NCBI RefSeq assembly: GCF_016432865.1
Contig: NC_067401.1
Location: 479,570,001 to 479,634,000 of the forward strand
Length of the DNA stretch: 64,000 nt
Direction: 5' to 3'
DNA from: Antechinus flavipes
Taxonomy: Eukaryota
A program made the position numbers and the translations under genes. Shown one piece after another: positions 29,537 through 40,967 of the stretch. The notes below the pieces were generated by a model. It made no database searches. It had not been told where the DNA came from and saw nothing but the letters and a program-made list of their open reading frames with translations. Within the stretch, counting starts at the first letter, position 1; each line of letters begins with the position of its first letter.

Positions 29537-32119
29537 ATTCATGTCTCCACATGACTTGTAGCCAGCCTCTCAGGGCAGGGGCCTGGTCCGGCTTGGTCTG
29601 GTAGGAGGAAAGGGGGCAGGAGAACCTGTAGGCTTCTGGGGCCAGCCCAGAGAGGACTCACAATTGGCGAGTCACTGGGGAGTCCCCATTCCGCCTTCCT
29701 CACCTGGCAGAGCCCCCTGGGAGGGGCCTCCCTTCTGCCCCACAGCCCTGGCTCCCTGGCTCTTCTTCCTCCTCCTCCCATGGCTGCCTCCTCTGGATCG
29801 GCACCCTCCCTCCCAGATGTTTTCTCTCCTTGTCAATTCTATGTCTCCAGGTTTGGTTTGAAAATCATAATTGTTCCCGGAAGGTGCCAGGCAGAAGCAC
29901 CTTTACCTTCAGTCCTAGGGGAGCCCCTGGCTCTGTTGGGAGCTCCATTAGGGCAGCTCCTAGATCTTTATTCTCTTCCCTTCTTCCCCAGTGCCCCCAG
30001 AGCACTTGACACTGAGCTGGAGGACAGACCTTGATTATATTGGTAATAACAGTAGCTGGCAATCAGCCCCGAATTATTAGGTCACACTCCCCTAGAAAAA
30101 CTCTTGGAACCAGATTAAAAGGTAAATGGGAAATATTTAATAAAATAAATAAATTACAATACAAGCTAGATAATGTTAATATGTGGTTTTCTAAGTCAAC
30201 ATGCAGCCACAGGGAGGGTTCAATAAAGTGTCACACCCTGGCTGGCATTTATACATCTCTTTAAGGACTTTACTAATAATATCTCATTGGATCCTCACAT
30301 CAACTTGGAGAGGGAGGTGCTATTATCACCCCATTATACAGATGAAGAAACTGAGATGGAAATCAGCCAAGTGACTCTCCCAGGATCATGCAGCTAATAA
30401 GTGTTTTAGGCAGGATTCAAACTCTGTTCTTCCTGTTTCCAAATCCAGCGCTCAGGATGTTTAGAACACATATCACGTATCTTGTCCCAAGGTATGGGAA
30501 GTCCCTGGTGAGGAAGCATCCTTCACTAGTCTGGGTTAACACCTATTCTGCATTTTATAATCTCAATTGCCTGGTCCATGGAGACAGGTTCAGTGATTTG
30601 TCCAGGGTCACAGAACCAGGATGCAGCAGGAAAAATACTATACGAGGATCAATTCTGATGGATGTGGCCCACTTCAACAATGAGATGAACCAAATCAGTT
30701 CCAACAGAGCAGTAAAGAACTGAACCAGCTACACCCAGTGAAAGAACTCTGGGAGATGACTAAGAACCATTACATTGAATTCCCAATCCCTCTATTTTTG
30801 TCCACTTACATTTTTGATTTCCTTCACAGGCTAATTGTACACTATTTCAAAGCCCGATTCTTTTTGTACAGCAAAATAACTATATAGACATGTATACTTA
30901 TATTATATTTAACTTATACTTTAACATATTTAACATGTATTGGTCAATCTGCCATCAAGGGGAGGGAGTGGGGGGAAGGAGGGAAAAAGTTGCAACAGAA
31001 GGTTTTGCAACTGTCAATGCTGAAAAATTACCTATGCATATATCTTGTACATAAAAAGCTATAATAAAAAATAAAATAAAAAACAGTAGGTGCTATATAA
31101 ATTGCTTGCCTTCTAAGTGAAGGGGAAGAAGAGGAAGGGAGAGAATATGGAACTCAAAAAATTTAAAAACTAATGATAAACATTGTTTTTATACTTGTAG
31201 TTGGGAGGGAGATGCAATATTAAATACTGGGGAAAAAAATGGTAAGTGCTGAATAAATCTTTGACTAATAAATGGAAGTGTTTAGGATTTGGGTCTAAGG
31301 AGAAACTCCAAATCTCTCTTACCCTTTCTCTCTTTACTTTCTCTCTCTACCCACCTCTGGGAGCACAGGTGGAAGACACAAAAAGGGATGGATGGGCCTT
31401 CCCAGAGCCCAGGGGATAGCCAGTCAGTCATCCTGACAGAGCACCAAGGCCAGAATAACTAAGTCTGAGATGTGGAAGTCACCACATGGGACAGAAGTGA
31501 TGAGAGAGGGTGGGCAGGAAGTTCCCCAGAAGATAAGAGAAAGGTGATGGACCACAGCAGCTGAGACAATCGAAATGATGTTATCTAAAGGAAGCCAAAC
31601 TCTGGCAGGTATTATCACCTGATAATAAAATAATTGACTCCCTTTCTCTTTGCAGGAGGTGGGAGAACAGCCAGAAAGGAACTTGGGGATCTATTCCTGC
31701 CACCGGATCAAGCTTTGGTTTTTATTTTATTTTTTTGCTTCATTATTTTTTCTTTGTTACCAAGGAAGGTTCAAGACCCAGTATTTCTGGAAATGACTAT
31801 GATGTCAAAACATAAGGCATAATAAAATGTTTTGCATGATTACACATGTATCACTATGCCAAATTGCTCACTCTCTCAGGGTGTGGGGAAGGGAAGAAGG
31901 GAAGCAGAAAACTTGGAACTCAAAAAAAATTTTTTTTAATGAATGTTAAAGATTGTCTTCACATGTAACTGGGGGAAAATAAAATGTTATTTTGTTTGTA
32001 AATGCTATTTTATTTTTTCCATTACATGTAAAGATAGTGAAGTGGAAGGACATCCCTCTGCACCATGAGAAACATAATCTTGAAACTGTAGTTAGAAGTT
32101 TGTTACTAGCTCTTCACAC

Positions 32120-32588
32120 TGTGAGGGATAGAAAATCCTATCCAAAAATGAGTATTCAGAGACCTCTCGAAGTAAAAAGCAGAAAAGCTGTTTATTTAAT
32201 TAATTCTCATGAGAATGAGCAATTCCACCGTGAGGAGGGAAAGAGAGAGAGAGAGTTTACAGTAGAAGGGCTAAAGAAGGGGATAAGGTATACAGTTTTT
32301 ATAGGTTTTAGTTACATCATGAGTTGCAGAACATTAAGAGATTGGTGCCCCTCCACCCCTTAATTAGATGTTATTCATGCCAAAAACAGCAGATTCCCTG
32401 GTTCCAGGAGGACCCATACATCAGGCAACTAGTTGTCTAAACATTGTGAACTTGAATAGCGACAAATGTCATCATTCTAGGTTAAATACATATATCTAAA
32501 ATCTAAGTACATATTGGCTACTATTCAACATACTTATGCAGGTCACAGAGACCTACAGAAACTGAAATACAGAAAAGGAATTTAAACA
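32120..32588 (-). mobile_element. ERV solo LTR (same family as 40280-40803)
   Basis: TG...CA termini on minus, TATAAAA and AATAAA, homologous 5' and 3' ends; no TSD seen. Confidence 0.7.
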
Positions 32589-32783
32589 TTCTTAGAAGTT
32601 CTTCACCTTATTTCTACACCCATGTAGATGGTATTTTTACATCCCTAGATGTGCTGCCCTTAAAAAAAACTTAAGACCTGGATAACGTGATAAAAATAAA
32701 GAAATACTGTCTTATTGCCATGTGGGAATGGCACCTTTAGTGCAATAATCTTTGCCTCCTGTCTAGGATGAAATTCCTTTAGC

Positions 32784-33031
32784 ATAATATGTAATGTATC
32801 TAGGAGATACTGCAACATATTTAACATATATAGGACTGCTTGCCATCTTGGGGGGGGGGTGGAGGGAGGGAGGGGAAAAAACGAAACATAAGCGATTGCA
32901 AGGGATAATGTTGTATAAAAATTATCCTGGCATGGATTCTGTCAATACAAAGTTATTAATTAAATAAAATAAAATTTAAAAAAAAAAGAATATAAAAAAA
33001 AAATAAAATGAAATAAAATAACAACCAAAAA
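32784..33031 (+). mobile_element. Young 5'-truncated L1 tail with 13-bp TSD
   Basis: TSD AAATTCCTTTAGC at 32771-32783 and 33032-33044. Confidence 0.88.
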
Positions 33032-33234
33032 AAATTCCTTTAGCCTGACAAATGTATTCTGGAACTTTTATGTTTCTTTCTCTAAATATGTGTCTGAAAT
33101 CGCTTGATACTGACTGCCCTGTTCTGGTGGGGTTTGGTCGCTAGCTAGCAATAAATGCTCTAAAATTTTCATTATTTTGCTGTCCTATATTTTCTCTCAT
33201 CTGGACACTTCAATAGTTTTCAACATTCATTTTT

Positions 33235-33709
33235 TTATTGACAAAACACATGCATGGGTAATTTTTCAGCATTGACCCTTGCAAAACGTTCTGTTCCAAA
33301 TTTTCCCCTCCCTCCCTTCACTCCCTCCCACAGATAGCAGGTAGACACATACATGTTAAATATGTTAAAGTATATATTAAGCCCAATATATGTATACATA
33401 TTTATACAGTTATTTTGCTGCACAAGAAAAATCAGATTTAGAAAGAAAGAAAAAACCCAATAAGGAAAACAAAAATGCAAGTAAACAATAACAGAGAGAG
33501 TGAAAATACTGTTTTGTGATCCACACTCAGTTCCCATGATTCTCTCGCTGGGTGCAGATGGCTCTCTTGATCACCAAACAATTGGAACTGGATTGAATCA
33601 TCTCATTGTTGAAGAGAGCCAAGTCCATCAGAATTAATAATCGTAGGGTCTTCTTGTTGCCGTGAATAATGATCTCCTGGTTCTGCTCATTTCACTTAGT
33701 ATCAGTTCT
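33235..33709 (-). mobile_element. L1 3' UTR insertion with TSD
   Basis: CAACATTCATTTTT at 33221-33234 and 33710-33723. Confidence 0.8.
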
Positions 33710-36700
33710 CAACATTCATTTTTTATAAGATTTTGAGTTCCAAATTTTTCCCCTCCCTCCTTCCCTTTCACCTCCCCAAGAGGCAAGCTATCTGATACAG
33801 GCTAACCATGTGCAATTATGTTAAAGGGAGATAAAATATTATTTTAAGATATTTTTAAATCATAAGACATCAATCAAACTTAGGAAAAGAACCCAACGAA
33901 GGGATAGTAGCTCCAAATGGCCAGCCAAGAAGCCATCTGGGAACATTTCAATGCATTTGGCTGGGGTGGGAGGAGGGATAATCACTGGTGGGTTTTAGGG
34001 GGGCATAGGAAAAAAAGAAAAAAGTTACCAGATATACTTTTTGGGGGGCATGAAGCCTCAGAGATATAAGATGAGGAAAGAAGAATGAGGTCCCAAAGAC
34101 CTCCCCCCCTTACTACATGCTATGAATGAAGGACTCACCTCCACATTTGAGGGGACTAAGGCAAGGCCGGGACAGTAGGCAATCATCAGGGTTATGCAGT
34201 AGGGAAATTCGGGGTACCCGGATGGAGGGTGGGTGGCAGGTGCCTTGAGGAGTCTGGAGGAGAGGAGGAAGAAGGCTTGGGGTTCAAGGGCTGCTGGGAC
34301 CCCAGTTTTTCACTGGCAGGTGCCATTTATAAGCTTGGGGCTGCAAGCAAAGTCAGAGGAATTCCTTATCTGTGAAAGGGGAAGCTCTACCTGTAGAGAC
34401 ACCTGCCACTCCCTGCCCCATGGCTGCAGGGAGGATCCCAGGAGGGTGGAGTGTCAGGCACCTGCTATACTTTAAGGCTCTTTCCTGGTTCTTATCACCA
34501 CCGTGCAGGGGGACATCATAAGTCACAGGGGCCTCTGGGGCAAATCATACCAGGTCAGGGGCACAAGAGGCTGAATGAAGGAACTTTCTTTCCTGTGGGC
34601 TCCCTTAGAGCCTTATCTCAGCCTCTGCTACAGGGTTGGGGTTTATCTCATGCAGGACAAAACTTTCCCTGTGAAAAAGCTATTTTGTTTTTTCTGCACA
34701 GAGCAGATTGGTGAGAACTTTCTTGGTTATCTGAGTTTACTTGTTTTAACAAACAAAATATCCACTTGAATTAATTTTCCTTGACAATGAGGAGACAAGT
34801 TGTATTCCATTAATCTGGACAAAGCCCCTTTTGCTCCACCTTAGTTATGGCACAATTCACTATCAGTAAATCCAAAAGCATGTATTTAAATGCCTGCTCT
34901 CTCCGCAGCACAGCATTACAAGTAAGACACAAGTGGGATGGTCCGTTCCTACTTTCATTCTGTGAGAGGAGAATTGTGGCCCCATAGAAATAGAAGTAAA
35001 ATGAATACAAGGTATTTGGGGGGCAGTGGAGGGCATTGGAAATGGCTTCCTGCAGAAGGTTGCACCTTACCTGACTGTTAAAAGGCACTGGAAACTAATT
35101 TCTAAGAAGTGAAGGTGAACATCCAGAGGGAGAACTATGAAGACTGAATATGGATTTTTTTGTCTGTTTTTTTCTTTCTGGTGGTTTTTTCCCTTTTGGT
35201 CTGATTTTTCTTGTACAACATGACAAATATGGAAATATGTTTTTAAACATTGCATATATTTAACCTATATTGGATTGCTTGCTGTCTAGGGGAAGGGGTG
35301 GGAGAAGGGAGGGACAAAAGTTTGGAGCACAAGTTGCTGCAAGAGTGAATGTTGAAAACTATCTTTGCCCGGATTTTGAAAATAAAAAGCTACCAAAAAT
35401 AAAGATCGCACATATTTAACCTATATCAGATTGTTTGTGGTCATGGGGAAGGGGAAGTTAAGGAAGGGAGGGAGGGAGACAAATTTCAGAACTCAAAAAT
35501 CTATCAAAAATGAATATTGAATATACTTTAACATGTTTAACATGTATGGGATTGCCTGCCATCTAGGGGAGGGGGTGGAGAAAAGGAGGGGAAAAGTTGG
35601 AAAAGAAGGGTTTGCAAGTGTCAATGCTGAAAAATTACTCGTGCATATGTTTTGTATATAAAAAGTTATAATAATAATAATAAAAGAATGTTGAAAACTA
35701 TCTTTACATGTAATTGGAAAATGAAATATTATTGACAATTTAAAAAAATATAAAAAGTGAAGGAGAAAAAGAAAGGCCATTGTAGTTCTGGGGAAATGAG
35801 TCCTCCAAAGGGAGGTTAAGCATCATGAGTTAGGGACAGCAAGAAGGGCAGCGGGGCTGCCCATGGAAGGGAGTGATATGAATATGGCATCTCTGCTGCC
35901 AGGGTGGCAATGCCGAAGGAAAATTCTGCTGATCTCAGAGCTCGAGTTCACCTTGTGCTTGAACTTGCAGCATCTCCACCTGGACTTTTGGAGAATCCTG
36001 GGAGCCCAAGGAAGAGTTTGTGGTGCAGCAAGTAGCCTTAAAGGTGCACAGGCACCCAATCTCCAAGTGTCTGTTCCCCTGTTCTCTCTGAGAACTGGCA
36101 GGGCTCCTCTGGAGCTGCTGTTGGACAGACAGGAAGCACCACAGCTGAGAGCCACAGTGGGCAGCCCCCGTTCACTGCCAGGCCCTGCCCCTCCCGGTTT
36201 ACTTGTAGAGAAGGGGGAAAAGGGGGGAGAGTTAATTCAGTTTCTGCAACCAGCTGCATGAGCATCCGCTTCTTCCTGTCCGAACTCTAGTTTCCACGGT
36301 CACTATCCAGTTCTTCTTTATAGCAGAGAAAATTTGGAGGCTGCTGGTCCTTGGTTGTTGGAGCCTTGTGATGGGAGTCCTGTGGGGTGGCCAGGGCTCT
36401 TCATCCCCTACTCCTCCCACCTTTCCAGGCTTGTGTCACCTTGCTCCCCCTCTCCCCCTGCTCTCTCTCCTTTCTCCCCCCCAGGACCTAACATGCTCTT
36501 CCTATGACAAGACATTCTGTCTCTTTATGAGGTCCATTTTCATTGGGTATCCCCAGTTCCTGGGCTGCCTTCTTACCTAATCTTTGATTCCTGGCTTCCC
36601 TGGCTCCTTTCAAGTCCCAGCTAAAATCCTACCTTTGGTAGAATTTTTACCAACCCCCCATAACTCTAGTGTCTGACCTCTGTTGATTGTACACAAGTTA

Positions 36701-39700
36701 TCCTATCTATGGTTTGTTTGTAGTTTATGTGTAGTTTTTCCAATTAGGCTGTGAGGGATGTCTTTTGCCCCTCTTTGTATCCTCAGTGCTTAGCACAATG
36801 CCTGGTACACAGAAGGTGTTTAATAAATGTTTACTGACTGCTCTATTACTCCCAAGGAATTTAGGCTGGTTTTTCCTTTAAAGATATTGAATGTGTCCTG
36901 GAGCTCTAAACTGGATCAGGATAGGATAAAGTTTGGGCAGCAGATTCAACTTTTGGTTTCTTGGAGAATAAGGGTGGAAGCTCCTCCTTCAGGAAGACTA
37001 TAGACCAATACAAGCACAGACAGCTCAGGAGAATCAAAGGTATATTCTGGGTGGTCATCCCTTCTCTTCTCTGGATGTCCTTCCTCTACTAGGGCCAAGC
37101 AAACCTCTTTATTTTAAATATTAGATAATTTATGACACTCATTTTTTTTCCAGTTTTGGACTATAAATAATGTACAACTGGTTCAGACTTTACCCACGAG
37201 TGAGTACAGATTCTGCTGCCATTGGGAAGTCACAAAGAAAAATACAAGTGAAGTAAGGAAGGAGTACCCCTAGCCAAGCCCAAGTTCTCATAAACAGGAG
37301 CATCCCTGAGAGGAGAGCCATTAGTAATGGAGCTGTCAATTCTTCCCTGGACTAGGGGGATAAACCTTGGAGGCAAAAGCTAAGTTCTGGAAAGGTGAGC
37401 CAGCTGCTTTCCCTTCTGAGGGGGACGTTTTAGGGGGAAATCAGTGATGGGCACTGTCACTATTCTCTTATATATAATAAGCCTGGAAAGAGGCAGGTAT
37501 CAGGTTGTGAAAGGTTTTCTTCAGGGCAAGCAGAGGGATTTATGTTTGATCCTGAAGATATAGGGAACCAATGGAGCTTAATGAGTAGGGAGTAACTTGA
37601 GTAGGGCTGGATTTAGGGAAGTTGCTTTGTCAGCTGTGTAGAGGGGGGATAGACTGGTAAGGGGGGCACCTGGAGTCAGGAAATCCAGTTAGGAGGATAG
37701 GAAGTGAGGGGCCCCTTACTCCTCAGTGCATCCTCAGTCTTCCTAAGTTTGTTGCCAAAGAAGTCCACTTTCTGATACCCAATCTCTTGGTACTTACCTA
37801 GACCATAGGCCCTCCTAAAGTAAGAGATAAAATCCTGGTACTTCCTTCATGCCTTCTGGTCTAAGAAACACTATGGTTTCCTAATTACATAACCCCATAA
37901 CACAAGGAAGTCATTATAATTTAAAAGATCCACCTAGGATGTAATTAGGGCCTGCCTGCCTCTATTAACCCTGCAGCTTCCCACACCAGGCCCTACCTAG
38001 GATTTTGCAGGGGATTTATCTTGTGACTCCCCTCAGTGGTGTAGCCCATTCTGGGGTGAAACTGCCAGCCCAGGATGACGGGGCAATTCCCCAGCCCAGT
38101 GCCAGGAAGACAAGACTGTACCAAGCATTTAGCAAAGTACCAAGCAAGACACAGCCCAGGGACTGGAGATGCAGAGGCTGCAAACGCATAGTCTGGTTCA
38201 AGAAAATTCACTCTTTAATAGCACAGAAGCATGAACATGAAGAATGACAATTATATAAAACTGGGCAGAATGCTTGGAAACACAAGGCTTAGGTTAGGCA
38301 ACAAATAGGAGTTGGATCCTGAACAAACAGAGCAGAGAAGTTCATTGGCTCCCACCCCAAGCTGGCAGACAATGAGCCAAAGTCAGCCCAAGAGACAGAG
38401 TAACATAAGGACAGAAACGAATAATAATCACTGGCATTGATTTTGAGCTTACAGATTGGTTACAGATTTTACCAGGCTAGACCATAGAAGTACATGAGAA
38501 TTTTGGAGGGGTTGTGGACACTAATACATTGTTGGTGGAGCTGTAAAATTGGAAAATCATTTTAGAAAGCAATAAAGTGACTAAAATGTCTTTACCTTTG
38601 AACCAGAGACTCTGTTACTGGACTTCAACCCCAAGGAAGCTATCAGTAAGAAGAAAATCCCCATAATTTATAGCATCACTTTCTAAGAACTGGATGTCTA
38701 TCCATTGGGGAATAACTAAACAAATTGCGGTACCCAAATGTAATGGAATATTACTCTGCTGGAAGAAATGATATATGTGATAAATGTAGAGAAGGGTGGA
38801 AAGAGCTTTATGAACTTGATGGAAGCTTAGTGGAGGACATGCTCACACCAACCAAATTACAGATTCTTCAAGTCCAGAACTTTTAGAACTTTTAGAAAAG
38901 GTAACAAAAAGGTCTTGCCATACTTTTCCTTATCACTCGGCTCCTGGTAGAGTGTCCTGTGTAGTTATGGAATACAAACTTTTAAGAGGTTCAGTGTGTC
39001 CAAACTGGTGGGGAGGTGGATTTGAAACAGGGAAGGTGGACTAGCTAGAGCTGCTGGAGAAGAGGAGGCTTAGGTGAGCCAAAGCCATTTTCTTCCATTT
39101 TAGGAAGGCTTAGTATTTCTCAGCCAAGGTCATGGTCAATGCTTGGATCTTCCCTTCTCAGGCTGCTCAGTAAGTACCTCAATTGTCCTTCCATTTTATA
39201 GATGTAAGAAGGCAACAGGCTTTAAGAAGTAAGTCACAAACCCAAGTAGATGTTAACTCCACCTTCCTACTCAGACTGCTTTGGCAATTAGAAGCCAAAG
39301 CTTTTTTTAAACAACAGTTTTTGTTTTTGTTTTTTAAAAGAGAAAGTATGACTGAGCCTGTCCCTGGAGGTGGTGGATAATACAGAAGCTTCCCTCCGAA
39401 CTACAAGCCCAGGAACTCCACTATATTCACCTGTCCTATTGACATACTATGCCTCTGGCTAATGCCTAAATAGCTATTAGGTTTATCTATTTATTTATCT
39501 AATCATTTAAAATAATAGAATTATTATTCTATTCTATTTATATTGTATTATTTATTATATTTATAATTATATACATATACTTATAATTATATATGTTTAT
39601 GTTATTTATTTTATTATATTTAGATTTATATGGCATATCAATATAAAGAATTATAAATAATTATTATTTATCAGGCTAATGCCTAATAAAGCTAATAGCT

Positions 39701-40279
39701 AATGCCAAGATTAGCCATATCACATCGTCTACTTTCCCACCACAAGGTCCTGCAATTTTCTCCTATACAAGTACCTTACTCCCATCTTTCTCAAAATGTG
39801 TACCTACTTTCCCCAGAGACACTGTACTTCTGCAGACGTTACATGACTGCCTACCTGGTAGGGATCCTGTGAAAGGTCCATCCAGGTGGATGGAGGATAC
39901 TAGGAGACCATGGTCTCAAATTCTAATAGAAATGGAGGCGCCAAACCATACTTAAGAATCCCTGTTGTCTGAGTATTGACTCAGTTTTTAAAATGTAGTG
40001 TCACCTATGTGTTTTTTCCTTTTCTTTAATTTTGTTAAATACTTCCCAATTATGTTTTCATTTAGTAATCCAGAATTCAAGGAGTGAGGCATCATGTTGT
40101 ATATCTCTGGTCCTCCCACAAACTTTCTTTTTTTGGGGGGGAGGAGGAGGCAATTTAATCATTTTATTAACAAGGTTAGCAGGTTATCAAAAATAATTTT
40201 TATTCTTATTCTTATTAAAAATGATCATTTGATCATCTTGTGGGGAATAGAGAGAGAGAAGGTGAAGAACTTACACGAA

Positions 40280-40803
40280 TGTATGAACTCTTTTTCTGTA
40301 TTTTATTTTCGTTATTTCTGTGTTTCCTCTATAACCTGCATATTATGTGCAGGCCCATATTTACTTGAGCCTTGGCCAGCTCTAAACATATTTGCTTAAC
40401 CTGAGCTGATGGCATTTATCAGTATTTGACATTTATCGATATTTAGCCTATTAGCGGGACCCTATCTGCTTGATTAAGCCCGAAGGCAGGATTTTCTGTT
40501 TCCTAAAAATCAGATTTCCCTGAAACCTTCCATTCCAATCTCTCCAAAGAGCAACAACCAATTAGCTGCCTCTCCTCCCCTTCTCAATGCTCTCTTACTT
40601 GTGATATAATCTCTTGTATAAAAACTATGTATCTTTACTACTTCTTTAGCTTCCTACCACGAGTTTTCTCTTTCTTATCTGGTGATGGGATGGCTCATCC
40701 TCTGGAGGTTTTCAATAAACAACTTTTCTGCTTTTTTTTTTTTTTTTTAACTGAATGATCTCTGAGTAGTCATTTTGGGTAAGGGTCTTCTACATCCCTC
40801 ACA
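40280..40803 (+). mobile_element. ERV solo LTR
   Basis: TG...CA, CCAAT at 40558, TATAAAA at 40617, AATAAA at 40714, ends ...atccctcaca like the 32-kb copy. Confidence 0.72.
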
Positions 40804-40832
40804 GTCTTGTTTAGACCAAAGATAAACACTTC

Positions 40833-40967
40833 ATCAAAGGTTTCATGGGCCTTATGAGGGGAGACAACGTGAAAGGAAAAATGGGAAAAGGGATGACTCT
40901 TTACAAAAATCAAAGGGGGCAATTTCCTTTGATAACATGGACAAAATCAAAGACAATTCCCTTTGAT
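40833..40967. promoter_or_regulatory. Cluster of five TCF/LEF sites (candidate Wnt-responsive element)
   Basis: ATCAAAG at 40833, 40909 and 40946; CTTTGAT at 40927 and 40961. Confidence 0.5.

Noticed and set aside
28093-36580. Strong minus-strand donors at about 28098 and 36577
   Set aside because: Both lie in L2-like tail sequence with no supporting exon
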